Source: Epithemia pelagica
Lineage: Eukaryota; Protista; Bacillariophyta
Direction of reading: 5' to 3'
Length of the DNA stretch: 64,000 bases
Assembly (NCBI GenBank): GCA_946965045.2
Contig: OX337241.1
Span: 434,001 to 498,000 of the forward strand
The translations under genes and the position numbers were made by a program. Of this stretch, positions 33,969-45,891 are shown piece by piece. The notes beneath the pieces were generated by a model. It did not search any database. It saw nothing but the letters and a program-made list of their open reading frames with translations, and was not told the origin of the DNA. Every line of letters begins with the position of its first letter. Position 1 is the first letter of the stretch.

Positions 33969-34664
33969 TCATCTAGTCCAGTGGATGGGAAGTTCCAAAT
34001 CTGGAGTGTTGGTCCCTTTAATAGACCCGGGAAGCGGCCGCTTTTTCGAGAAGCGGACTTTGATCAGATAACCAACTCTAGGGCGGTCACGGGACAGATT
34101 GCCTCTTTCGTTTTCGAGAGATAAATTCATCATATCGTCCATGGCGTCCTCTCCGTATCCTTTTTTATTCTTCCAGCTAAACTGAATTATAACATCCGGG
34201 ACGGCCCCTTTATCTTTTAGCTCCAAGACTCCCTTTTTGTTCCGCATGCACCGAACGTAGCCAAAGAAGCTTACATCTGGTTCACGACGAGAATATGTCG
34301 AAAGATGCACATTGTGTGTGCCACTAACATACCCCCATTTCCCGTGAAGGACGGCGAACTCAAACACGTGTTTTGATGTAAAAGAGTTGTGCTGATCTGT
34401 TGGCATCACCAAACGTGGCTTTCCGTCAACCAACACAATGCGCAAGTCACCAATGCCTTTCTCGTCCATGAACTGGTGCAAAGAATCCTCCGTGCCAAAG
34501 CTGTGGTCACCGAAAATCGACGCTAGTTGCGGCGTCAATAATGTCACCTCGTCGTCGGTCTCGTCTTTGTCTTCGTCTTTGTCCTCGTCCTCACCCTTGC
34601 TCTCAAATCCCCCCAGTTCCTCGTGTTTCTTCTCTTCTTCGTTTGTCGTCTTTTCGCTGCTCAT
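33969..34664 (-). CDS. Uma2/DUF820 family PD-(D/E)XK putative endonuclease, probably 3'-truncated
   Basis: RREPDVSF and VPDVIIQFSWKN motifs after an acidic leader; the last residues look like read-through into unrelated DNA. Confidence 0.65.
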   Translation of the reverse strand: MSSEKTTNEEEKKHEELGGFESKGEDEDKDEDKDETDDEVTLLTPQLASIFGDHSFGTEDSLHQFMDEKGIGDLRIVLVDGKPRLVMPTDQHNSFTSKHVFEFAVLHGKWGYVSGTHNVHLSTYSRREPDVSFFGYVRCMRNKKGVLELKDKGAVPDVIIQFSWKNKKGYGEDAMDDMMNLSLENERGNLSRDRPRVGYLIKVRFSKKRPLPGSIKGTNTPDLELPIHWTR

Positions 34665-36154
34665 TGCTGCTAGAGTGAACGAGTTGAGGTCTTCATTCAA
34701 AGCTGTAGAAAGAAAGACTATGCTTTCGATACGACATCCGGACCCTTTCGTGGCGTCCTCGTCGGTGTTTTTACGAGATCTTGTACTATAAGTCCGTGAC
34801 CACCGGTCCCGGCAGTTCCGTTTCCCCCCCTGTGTCGCCCCTTTTAGGAGCGATTCGGGGGGGAAATTGGGGGCGCTAGCGTGGTCGATTAGTTTGGTCA
34901 TGCAAAATAGTCATTTCCCCACTTCATAATCCGCCAAGGCGATCTTTCTAACTTCTAACCGTAATAACGTAAACAAAACGAGCCGAGAGGTCCACAACAG
35001 AACTCTCATCTTGATGATGGAAACAATATGGGCGAGCTCTGCGGGACCTTCTTTCGAAGTCCTTCCCCCGTTCCCCACCCGATTCCCTTCCACTGATTGA
35101 GATGCCGATATTTTTCTTCACTCTTTTCCGATCAAAACAGGATCATAAAATCGAAAAGCAAGAAAATCTGCAAGAAGTCATCAACGAAAGGAAGAAGAAG
35201 GGTTGTCTTTCTTTTCTCTTTCCCCTGAAAACTCATCGACAAAGCAAAAAAAGAAACACATGCAAACGACGGCATTATGAGTGGCTCAAAGTATTTAGAT
35301 TCTCATCCATCCTGGGCCTTTTTGCAGGATGTACCCATCGCTGTAGTAGAAGCAAGAAAGAGACCATCGTGAGCTCTTGCTCGTTGATTGAGGTTCTCTG
35401 CGTGGTCATGAATTTTTGAAATATGAGAATGAGAAAATATAAAACATAATATGATCCGGAAGCATCGCCGGCGTCTCTAGAGCGCCAGTCGGGTATCGTT
35501 TTGTCTTTAGGCTTAACATTTTTCATGCATCATCTACATAATATTGTATATTGCGCTCGTCCTACAAAGCCCCCCGAGGTGCAAATTACGAGTAGTTAAG
35601 TCACGCTCTCACAAAATCAGAAAACTCAGTATTTTCATTTTGCTCGCCGCACAATCGAAGAACCGAGAGAGCTTTATTCGGTCAACAATCAATCATGAAT
35701 ATGACCACAAGGCATTGGTGTCATTCCAATAGAAGCAAGGTCCGTGAAAAGGGTTGACAAAGATTGGATGTTCCAAGCTTTCCCCGCGTGAACACTTGAA
35801 TCAATTCAACAAACATACAGGGTACACGCACCCCAAAGGCGTGCTGCTTCGCTCAGAAACCTCCACAAAAAAGAAGCAAGCACTGGAACATGATACAACC
35901 AACGGATCAGCATCAAGTCCCACATTTTAGCAGGGAGTTAAAGGGGCTGTCTGCCGTTGGTGAATGAAAGATCCCCATTGAAATAGGATGGACATCATCG
36001 AAATACATGCATCTTTCTACACTGGTACAGAGCCCATGCTATGGACCTTCTCGAGAAGGTGGTAACAGTTTGGTATTGTGCTTTCTATTATGGATGCCAC
36101 GATTTCCACGGAGAATCCACGACGATTTGAAAGGGCGCGTGTATGGTTTGTACA

Positions 36155-39108
36155 CTAAACAGCAAACGCCAAGTCAGCATTCACGGCTTCTTGATTATCC
36201 ATGTCAGGCTGTTGAGCTTCCTGCTGTATATCACCAACCACCAAGGAACTGATACTCCTCTTCACATTACCTGAATCGCTCGGCAGCTTCATAACCAAAC
36301 TTTTGTCGCTTGAAAACAAAAAGCCGTCAGTCGATGAGGTCTCATCATCCTTTTCCGGATCATAGTTCTGATTTGTTTCTTTCACAACCTCTGTGGTGTG
36401 ACTTTTCTCGGAGACAAACCCATCGTCTTTTTGGTGCGGTGTTTGCCGATCATGGTGGACGACGTCGTTCGACGTGTCGTCATGATTAGAGCAACCTCGT
36501 GTTGCAATTTTGGAGTCGTATTTGTTGGCCAAGGACAACATCAAGTGTCCGATATAAACTTGAATGATCAAAAGCAATCCCATGGCCAAGGCAAGAACAA
36601 TGGTAAAGGTTTTTTTGGTAATGTGGCCCATGTCGAACCACTCCGAAAAGCTGTGCGCACCAAGTTTCCACGAGGCATCGGCTCCTGATCCACTTTGTGC
36701 CAAGACGGTAGCCACCATGGCAATCACGGCGAGTTTGCACACGATAAACATCCATGCTGATACCCGACAGAGATGTGGCCACCAAGGTCAATGCGCATAG
36801 CCAAAATTCTTGAGCACCAATGTCAAGTAAAAGGGTTGTTCCGTCACTGCCATGAGTGTCAATTGCATTCCCACCTTGACACAAACCACAATACTAAAGG
36901 TCGAAACCGCCGTGGTATTGATGAAAATGACCAAGAGAACCGCCACCAAATGGTGCAAGACGACCGTCCATCGAATTTGAATGCGATAAAAAAGTTCCCC
37001 AAGTACAACAAGGATTGTACCAGTATCATGCATCGGGCCAATTCCCATGCCTCGTGGCCCGTTGCCACGTCGTAGGTATCCGTTGCAGGAAAGGTCCGGA
37101 TGACTTCGGCCAGCACAATCGGCAATGCGACCAAACTGAAGATGAGATGAACAACATTAATGGTAGTATTCCGGCGTTCCCGTTCGGAATCGATGTGTTG
37201 GATCCGAGGCCATCGAGAACTGAAGAAACCACTGGCAAATATGACCAACAAAATGGTCTGTGCAGGAATTTCCGGAGACGCAAATGCAGTTTCTGGTAAA
37301 TACGTTTCATCACGAATCACCAATTCACAAATACTTTCATCGGCCATAGGCTGATAAAAGCTATCTTCGTTGGGCTCACACTCTGCATACTCATACTCCA
37401 ACGTCTCCGGAACGAAACCGTTGGACAATCCCATGTAGGATCGCAAGAATGGATCCCCGTCCCTCACCATGTATCCCACAGCATAATCCACATTGGGAAG
37501 TTCAGGAGCTATACCCAAAACCAATATACACATCTCATCATCCATCGACCACCCTCCGACTACGTCACGATCGGGCAAGGGACGATAGGTACACGTGATA
37601 ATTAAGGTATCACCAGGCAAGAGTTTCCATAAGTTCCATGTCGGTGCGACCGCATCAAAGTCGTACATATCATACTGAACGACGTTCGCTATGTGAACTC
37701 CATTTCGAATGAGTTTGACTTGAGCTTGATATCCAGCAACTTTATTCATATGTACATGGGACGAAAAAACTTGAACGCCTTCTGTTGGTACCATGGCTCG
37801 TGTCGCATCGGATGAGATTTCAAAGGACAAGGACAGTTTGCGGCGTTGCGGATCAGCTGGTATGTAGATGGTATTATGTTGTCCGTACATATGAATCAGT
37901 TGACCAGGGTTGGTCAATGGACTGGATGCGACTACCATCGAAGGTTCCACCCACAGGCGTAATCCCACCGAATCATCTTCAATATCCACACCATCAGAGT
38001 TGTCATAGTGGACCATGAGGACGTATCGACCCTGACGAAGCGGAATATGAACAGACGCCGGAGTTTCCGTAATACCAGAGCCGGCTTGGGTGAAATGGCG
38101 CTCGCACGATTGAGGGACATAATCCAAGCAATTGGAAAGGACAACGCTGTCCTTAAACAGCGTTGGATCAAGGGCTTCGGGATCTCTGCAGTGGTATACC
38201 ACTTGATGATGCAGGTAGGGTGGATACGACGTCGATAAATCCATACCAGCAGTTTTTCCACTCCATACGACTAGAACAGCAACCAAATTCAAATCAAGAG
38301 GCATGACAAAGGTGGCACAACGATGAGCTATGGTCTCGCTGGAGCTCACAGTTGTATTCATCAGCTGAACGTCGATAGCAAAGGGTGCAGTCGATGTCAT
38401 AGGATTACCATAGAAACGGACACCAGGACTCAGAAAGCTTGAAGAGTTATCGTTGTCTGCTTGACCATCGATGGTTGAGTCTTCCTGAGGGATATCTGGC
38501 AAGACTAGCTTCCGAGAAGTCAGCAAGTCTTCATCCACGAAAAGGTTCACCAATGCCTTGCCGTAGTTGGGACCATGATATAGGATGTCGCCTGAATCGG
38601 GGTCTATAGGACCTGAAGCACAAACGAGGTATCTCTTGGTGGCCACAGTAATGCTCATATCATCTTTATCACACGTTTCCAGTCGTCTTCTCAATAAAGC
38701 GCGTATCCGATCGTGATCATCCGCATAGGCTTCTAGTAGTTCCAGGTTCTGCAAGACATCCAGTTCTGGTTTCTCGTAGTCTTGAGAATAACGGTCATCG
38801 ACTTCGAAACCGTTGTCATTATTAATCCTTCGTAGCATCATGATATCGGCACCTCTCATGCCACGTGTTGTAGATAAGCCAAGTCCAACCCAATCAGCTC
38901 CAGGGGCACTTCGAACCGCAAAAGTTGCTTGTTGGGCTTCTCGATCAATCGTCCATTCGACATCGGAACATCCCGTTCCCTCCATCTCCACTCGCCGCTC
39001 CAGACTAAACTCATTCTTGGTTCCGGCCAAAGCGAACGATGATGACGAAAGACTGTTGGGGACAGGCAATAGCAGAGCTACTGCTATTTTGCGACGTTTT
39101 GTCCACAT
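36155..39108 (-). pseudogene. DOMON + copper monooxygenase + TLC-like protein, copy 2
   Basis: Paralogous along its length to 15709-18571. Intact across the segment deleted in copy 1, but has a 1-bp deletion at ~36998 and an in-frame TGA at 36788-36790. Confidence 0.87.
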
Positions 39109-39447
39109 TTGGTAGCCTTTCTTCTTACTGTTCTGGTCCACATTGGATAGCCTTTCTTCTCACTGTTCTTAATTCCTAGTATCCCGTGCTTTTGTCGGCT
39201 ATCAACTCAACTTAAATGTGACAAATTGTGTTGTGATTCCTTCTTTCCTTGAATGCTTTTAGGTGACGAATCGTGTTGTGATTGTTTCTTTCCTTGAATA
39301 ATGTTATGGTGTTGAATCCCAATGGGAAGCATCCCATGTAAGGAAGTTTGAAGTGTCATCGGTTGGCAGTATGCTTGGTGCTAGTTTATATTCGTACGAG
39401 ACTCTATGCACCCGATGTATCGTTGATGCTATTTTTGTGATCGGTTA

Positions 39448-40161
39448 GGCGCATCGGGGTGGTAAAAAAAAATCGAGGCAAAAATCAAGATTCGAGTTTC
39501 GAGGTGGGGTCTTCTACGGGCCTCCAATTCTTAACCTAGGATCTTTCACGGTGGTAAAAGATTAATTTCGAGTTTCGAGTTTCGAGGTCGCGTTTCGCCT
39601 GTTTCCTGTGCTCGACGTGCGAGAATCGAGAACGAGATTGGAAACGACACAAACCATTCTGTACGCACTACTCTCTGCGACAAGAGCAACATCTCTGCGA
39701 CAAGAGCAACAAGAAGAGGTTCGGACAATGACGGAGAAATGTCCATGGTGTTCTAGCAGTTACTACACTAAAGTGATATGACGAGAAAGGGGAGAGTCAA
39801 CGACAACTGGGGTGGGGCTTCATACATACCCTAAATACTAGTTTGTCTGTTGGTATTGTCAGCCTTTGCACACGGTCCCAAACTAGTTTGCATTTCGACA
39901 AAGACAACAGCAAGAAGAGATGAGGATGATGTTTGGAGTTTGGAGTTGTGAGAAAACGTACGACAGAAGAGCACCCTCGAATCTTGACCTCGATTTTTGG
40001 TCGGAGCGCACTTTGGCCCAAAAATTTTCAAAAGTGCGCCTCGGTCAAAAGTCGAGGTCAAGATTCGAGGGTACACATAACCTATTCATAACCTATTAGA
40101 CCAACCTCGAAACTCGAATCTTGATTTTTGCCTCGAATTTTTTTTACCACCCCGATGCGCC
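39448..40161. mobile_element. Tourist-like (PIF/Harbinger) MITE, 714 bp
   Basis: ~58-bp TIRs ggcgcatcggggtggtaaaaaaaa(a/t)tcgaggcaaaaatcaagattcgagtttcgaggt; TTA TSD at 39445-39447 and 40162-40164; no coding capacity. Confidence 0.92.
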
Positions 40162-40862
40162 TTAGAAGTTAGAAGTACCTCAACATGAAATAGGCAACGA
40201 GAACTTAACTCGCTCGAACGGGTCATTGAGGGGCTAGCCCTCATTGTGAATTGCGAACAACTAAACTACCTGCTTCTACTAGCTAGAGAGAAAGGAGTAG
40301 GTGTGGTAGGTGACTGCAATGCGTGCTATGGTCTATGTGGTTGCTTATGGACCGTTGATCTTCAAAGTTTAACCTATCTTATAATCCAAACCTAATCCGG
40401 TAGCATTTGTTAGCATACGACGCCCACACGTGATTCGTCTATGCTCTTTCACCAGTGAGTCAACTGCAACACCAAAGTACATGGCCCTGACAAAGCATCC
40501 GAAGAATTCTCTTGGAGGGAGGGTTCGTGAGTTTCCAGAAGAAACCACACACACCCCGACAGCGTGCCCTTGATCTTGTTGCTTGGTGAGCTACTCGTGC
40601 TTGCTGGGCAGACTTCTGCAACCACTTCAGAGAGAAAATACTACGAAGCACCCAGACCCAGGCAGCATCCAGATAACATCTAGTCGACCCTTCGATGATG
40701 ACAAGGAAACATGAGTTTTTTCAGTGCTCAACTGCTATTTGGGCGTTCCTTCGTGGTTCTCCCTTTGGGAACGCAGTGCGGACGCAGGCTTCAGCACCAA
40801 TTCCATGTCTTTGAAAGACAAAAGACTGCCAAATTTTACTTTTCTTCGATCTGTTTGCGAGT

Positions 40863-43800
40863 TCAACGTGGTCGCCTTTGTTGTTGTTGCTGCTGTAGCT
40901 GCTGCTGTTCGGGGCGTCGTTGCTGCAAGGAGGGTCGTGGTTGGGACTGTCGTTTGCGTTTCAATTGATCTTGGTCATCCAATTCCTTTCGCCACCAATC
41001 ATTGACTGCCTCGTCACGCAATCCCAGGGGATTCAAGGCCTTACCCGAACCAATGTAGGGCTCCAAAAAGGCCAAGGGTCGTGAAGGTGTTTGGGTATAC
41101 GACAAGATGCCATTGGAACGATGTTCGTACAACAGACGACAAGTACCACTTCCATGAATGTTGGAGGGAAACCCGGCTGATTGGGATGCTCCTCCCGTGT
41201 TGCCCATGGTATCGCCTTTCAAAACGACGTCAGGTTCAGATTCCAACAAGAAGGTGCATCCTCGCCAAGCCAAGAGGGATGGGTCCGATACATATTCGTT
41301 GAAATGCTCTCTGAAATGCATCAAGAAACTCAATCGCAATGACGTCAGTTCCATCGGACGCTGATATCCTTGTTGATTCTGCCACCACGTGTTGCGAAAA
41401 TCAAAGTCGTCACCATTGTATTTGTTCTTGCTGCTTTGTTTGTGCTCGTCCCACATGAATCGAAAGTGCGTCGTACCAATCATTTCCATAAAGGGTTGAA
41501 CGGACATGACATGATTGGACGGAATGCGCTCCGGTGCCGTGGGATCTCCGAAAGCACCTCTGACCAGTTCCCGTACCGTATCGGGTGCCCCAATTCCCAT
41601 CCACATGGCCAAATAATTGACCCAGCCTTGAGCATCCTCTTGTGACATCTCGGACTCATTGTTGTAGCTATCCTTGTATTCACCGTTGAAGTAGTTCCTG
41701 TTATCCATCTCCGAATCGTAACTCTCCGAAGCACTTCGGACTTGGCCATTGGACTCGGCGTTTTGGTTGTTGTACAAGTAAAAGTTGTTTGGCTCTTGGT
41801 AAAGACGTGACTGGGCCCTTCCATTCGAGTCTTCATAGGACAGTCCTGACGACACAACTTCGTTCCGAAACGTCCCGGTGGAATACGAACGGCTATTAAA
41901 CTCTTCGTAGGGGTAGCTTTGGACGGGAGCTTCCTCGCCGTAGTAGTACGAGGCTTCCCCCGTGACGACTTGATTGCGAAAGGTCGTCGATTGCGGAGTA
42001 GTGGGTTGGAGGACACGACGGTTTGGGTCGGCATATTGCTCTTGATTGCGAGTGGACGGATCGCTTCGTTGTTGTTGTTGCTGCTGCTGGTACTGTGGTT
42101 GTTGGAACTGCTGTTCTTGGTACTGTTGTTGAAGCTGTTGTTGCTGTTGCTGGTACTCTTGTTCTTGCTGGAACTCTTGTTGAAGCTGTTGTTGCTGCTG
42201 CTCGTACTGTTGTTGTTGTTGCAGCTGTTGTTCATTGGTCTGTCGTTCCAACTCTTCTTCTGCTGGCTGTTGCTGTTGCTGCAATTCTTGCTGCTGCTGT
42301 CGTTGCTGATTTTGCAGTTGTTGGTTGAGTGCCTGACGTTGTTGTTTGCGAAGCTCTCGAGGCGTCAAATTATTAGTATTGGTATTGGTAGTTTGTGGAT
42401 CCAGCACACTCGTCGTCGTTGTCGTCGTCGTGTCGTACCCAGTTGGTGGTGTACCTTGTCCATAGGGCGTCTCTTGTGGTTGTCCATAGGGCGTCGTCGA
42501 GGCCGTTTGTTGTTGGGGTGGCGATTGCAACTGTTGATTGAGTACCTGACGCTCTTGTTTGCGGAGTTCGCGAGGAGTCATATTATTCTTGTTATTGTTG
42601 TTCGGCTGCTGCAGTGGATCCAACCAACGATTGTTGGCTTGCGACTCTGGTGTAGTATTATACTGCCATTGTTGATTGAGTTTGTATCGTTCTTGTTTGC
42701 GTTCTTGTTGGAGTCGAGTGCGGTCGTATTGTTGTTGTTGCTGTTGTTGTTGTTGTTGCATCCATTCCAACGACGAGACGAGCCAGGGTGGAACGGACCA
42801 TTGAGGACCGGCATGCAATTGCAAGGCCTTGTGCATGGTCGCTTGCGGATCCAAATACAAACACTCCAACGGCAACCCGGTTGTTTCGCAAAAGAGTCGA
42901 GCACTTTCCGCCGTGGCACCAATGCCAATGACACACACGGCAATCCGGGCCTGGCGCAAGGATGGGACCACGGCCGCCAACAATTGTCCATATTCCAACG
43001 ATTCCAAATCCCCCAGTACGGGCAAGACCACCACCAAGGATTTGGCACCCGTGGTGGTCAATTTCCATGCATTTTCCGACACGAGCGACTGATCCAAGGA
43101 ATACATCAAATTATTATTATTGTTCATGTTCATGTTGCTGTTCATCATGATGTTGTTGTTGTTGTTGTTGCGAAAGGTGTTTTGTACGGATTGCGGTGGG
43201 GGTGCCAAGGGCATTTGTTCCATGGCACTCGTGTACTTTCCGGTTCGGGGATTCCAGACTTGGCATTGACACAATATATCCACGACCCAATCGACATATT
43301 CGCTGTCGTCGTCGTCTTCCTTCTCCTCTCGAACGGTTTGTGGCTTGGATTTGGGTTTGAGGGTGTTGAGCAAATTGGGAAATGGGGGTCGTGCTTCTTT
43401 GGAAGATGCTTGTTGTTGTTGCTGCTGCTGTTGTTGTTGTTTCGCTCTTTGCTGTTGTTGTTGTTGTTGTTTTGCTCGTTGTTGCTGGAGCGTCTTTTGT
43501 TTCGCTTGTTGCAATTGTGCTTGTTGCTGTTGTCTTGTTTGTGGTATTTGTCGTTGTTGGATTCGTTGCCATTCCGCTGGTGACAATTGCTGTTGCTGTT
43601 CCCAGGACCGTGGTGGCTGTGTTTGCCGTCGTTGTTGGACTTGTGGTTGGGGTGGTCGTTGTCGTTGGGCGGACCTTGATGGTTGGGAACGTCCTTGTGG
43701 TTGTGGTGGTCGTTTTCGTTGTTGTGGGGATGCTCCTGCGGCGGCTGCTGCCCGTTGTTGGAGGGCTTGTCGTTCTTGGGCGTGTCGTTGTTGCAAGGCC

Positions 43801-44504
43801 TTGAGTTGTTCGGGCGACAATTGTCGTTGTTGTTGGAGCAAGGCTTGTCGTTGTTGTTGTTGCACGGCGCGTTGTTGTTGCAAGACTTGTTTTTGTTGGC
43901 GTTGTTGCAAGGCGCGTTGCTGTTGCAGGGCTTGTCGTTCTTGTTGCTGTGCTTGTCGTTTGGCTTGTTGCGCTTGGCGTTGCTCCACTTGTTGCTGTTG
44001 TTTCAGCGCCTTTTGTTGTTGCTGCTGTTGCTGTTGTTTGCGTTTTTGTTGCAACAGTTGTTGTCGCTTGCGTTCTTGCAGTTGACGTTGTTGTTGGGAC
44101 GGCGGCAACAAGGATTCATCGTCGTTTTGGCCGTCGGGGGGAGGAGGAGTCACTTTGGGATTGTTGCGATCTCGATTCAAAATCGCCGTGGACGAGGATG
44201 ATTGGTTCGTCTTTTTCGGTTGGTTATTAAAGAGATTGGCAAAGGGATTGGTCATTGTCGGTTTTGTTTTGAGGTTGTTCTGGTTGTTGCCATTGGTTCC
44301 AGCCATCCAGAGAGGCACCACCAAGGGAGACCCCCTACAAGAAGGAGGAAGGATCGTGCTATGCCACTCTGGAGGTTGCCTCACCACAAGGGACGGCTGC
44401 AAGTCCAGGACGAGACGACTCCTACTGGACGGAGGCACAAAGGCCTGACACCCACCCATGGTCATTACCAAGCCTTGACAAATCAACACCCACCAACGAA
44501 CCAT
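40863..44504 (-). CDS. Putatively plastid-targeted AhpC/TSA-2 (peroxiredoxin-like 2) family protein with very large Q/N-rich insertions
   Basis: Leader MVRWWVLICQGLVMTMGGCQA-FVPP. Domain halves LVVVLPVLGDLESLEY...VIGIG...LYLDP and NYLAMWMGIGAPDTVRELVRG...QRPMELTSLRL...LLAWRGCTFLL...LYEHRSNGILSY...PLAFLEPYIG...LNPLGL. Confidence 0.8.
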   Translation of the reverse strand: MVRWWVLICQGLVMTMGGCQAFVPPSSRSRLVLDLQPSLVVRQPPEWHSTILPPSCRGSPLVVPLWMAGTNGNNQNNLKTKPTMTNPFANLFNNQPKKTNQSSSSTAILNRDRNNPKVTPPPPDGQNDDESLLPPSQQQRQLQERKRQQLLQQKRKQQQQQQQQKALKQQQQVEQRQAQQAKRQAQQQERQALQQQRALQQRQQKQVLQQQRAVQQQQRQALLQQQRQLSPEQLKALQQRHAQERQALQQRAAAAAGASPQQRKRPPQPQGRSQPSRSAQRQRPPQPQVQQRRQTQPPRSWEQQQQLSPAEWQRIQQRQIPQTRQQQQAQLQQAKQKTLQQQRAKQQQQQQQRAKQQQQQQQQQQASSKEARPPFPNLLNTLKPKSKPQTVREEKEDDDDSEYVDWVVDILCQCQVWNPRTGKYTSAMEQMPLAPPPQSVQNTFRNNNNNNIMMNSNMNMNNNNNLMYSLDQSLVSENAWKLTTTGAKSLVVVLPVLGDLESLEYGQLLAAVVPSLRQARIAVCVIGIGATAESARLFCETTGLPLECLYLDPQATMHKALQLHAGPQWSVPPWLVSSLEWMQQQQQQQQQQYDRTRLQQERKQERYKLNQQWQYNTTPESQANNRWLDPLQQPNNNNKNNMTPRELRKQERQVLNQQLQSPPQQQTASTTPYGQPQETPYGQGTPPTGYDTTTTTTTSVLDPQTTNTNTNNLTPRELRKQQRQALNQQLQNQQRQQQQELQQQQQPAEEELERQTNEQQLQQQQQYEQQQQQLQQEFQQEQEYQQQQQQLQQQYQEQQFQQPQYQQQQQQQRSDPSTRNQEQYADPNRRVLQPTTPQSTTFRNQVVTGEASYYYGEEAPVQSYPYEEFNSRSYSTGTFRNEVVSSGLSYEDSNGRAQSRLYQEPNNFYLYNNQNAESNGQVRSASESYDSEMDNRNYFNGEYKDSYNNESEMSQEDAQGWVNYLAMWMGIGAPDTVRELVRGAFGDPTAPERIPSNHVMSVQPFMEMIGTTHFRFMWDEHKQSSKNKYNGDDFDFRNTWWQNQQGYQRPMELTSLRLSFLMHFREHFNEYVSDPSLLAWRGCTFLLESEPDVVLKGDTMGNTGGASQSAGFPSNIHGSGTCRLLYEHRSNGILSYTQTPSRPLAFLEPYIGSGKALNPLGLRDEAVNDWWRKELDDQDQLKRKRQSQPRPSLQQRRPEQQQLQQQQQQRRPR

Positions 44505-45891
44505 TAGCGCCGAATGGCCTTCGGTACTGACGCTACTACTCACAGCCGTAGTTCGTCTTCGTTTTCGAGTGGGTGGTCGTTCGGCCCTTGCGGTTGTCGT
44601 CATGGTTCAATTGGTTTACGCAATCAAAGCAGATGAAAGAATGAGAACCAAGAGATCCCAAGAAGGCTCACTCAAGTTGTGTGCGTGTTTGAAACGAAAA
44701 ATGGCGCGCTTGGTTGCTACGGCTGTATGTGTTGTGTAGATTGTGGACCCCTTCCACACGTTGTGCTTCAGACAAAGAGTAATAATGAGCTCCAGAACAA
44801 GCAACGCACCACGCCAGTCAACCTTGGACCAATGGCAACAGGAATCAGCAATGGCGAATTATTGGACATTCGACATCAGCAGACGCAAATTCAAAATGAC
44901 GGCGCAACTTCTCGTTTCGCAATGAGACGTAGGTAGTTCTTAGGTCACCAATGGTCAATCGTCCCTCTCTACTCTCTACGCTCTCTATTCGCTCTACAAT
45001 GTACTTTTACTCGTTGTTACACTCACGTAGGTGTGTCTCTGTCTCTGTGTCTCTCGCTCTTTGATGGTTTGTCAATGGTGCCAACGCATTAGCGCCAAAA
45101 AGACACGCCCCATCTGCCATTCTTCTGTTCTCGTGGCAATCACCCACCTCAATTCTCATCCCAATTTACTATACACCGGAGAGTAGCCCACGTCGATGAC
45201 CTGTTACACACGTCAGACGGTTTCGGTCGCGAATATCACAAAAATTTGATTGGGTCACGACGAATTGCCGCGACCAGAAGGAATTAAGTCGTGGATAGTA
45301 TCCCTGTATTGTAAGGTATCCCCATCCATATCTCCATTACAACCAACACGGGATAAAGGCCTCTCGAAAACTTTGTGTTGTGATGTGACATGGGTGTCAC
45401 TGTCACCAATGGACGATCGAACTGCCTCTAACTTTATTCTGTACGGCAAGAATTCCACCATTGACGTGTGGATCTAAGCGAGAATAATAGTCTAGAATGG
45501 CATCTATACGAAGTTTATTGGACTGAATCCCATCCGTTCGGACTCCCTCGGGATTGCGCCATGTTCTCGTCGTGTCCACCACGAATGGCCCTGACAGGCG
45601 GTACTGCGCCACACAACAATACCTGCATCGTGAGTCGAATCGTAGTTATGTGCACTGCTCCAGTGCTGTAATGTCCAAGCAGCTTGGAGGAACTTGTCGT
45701 CGCTACTAGAGTGTCGTGGACAGGCCCTTTGGACTGTATACTTGTCACTAACAAGTAGAGGACATGGGACGTATAGACCACTGCCGTTGTTGTTGTTGTT
45801 GTTGCTATTCGCCATTCCAACACGGGCACCAGATTCTATGGCATGGGCCCCTGCGAACTGTACTTGTCTTTTTCCATGTGGTTGGTGGGAT

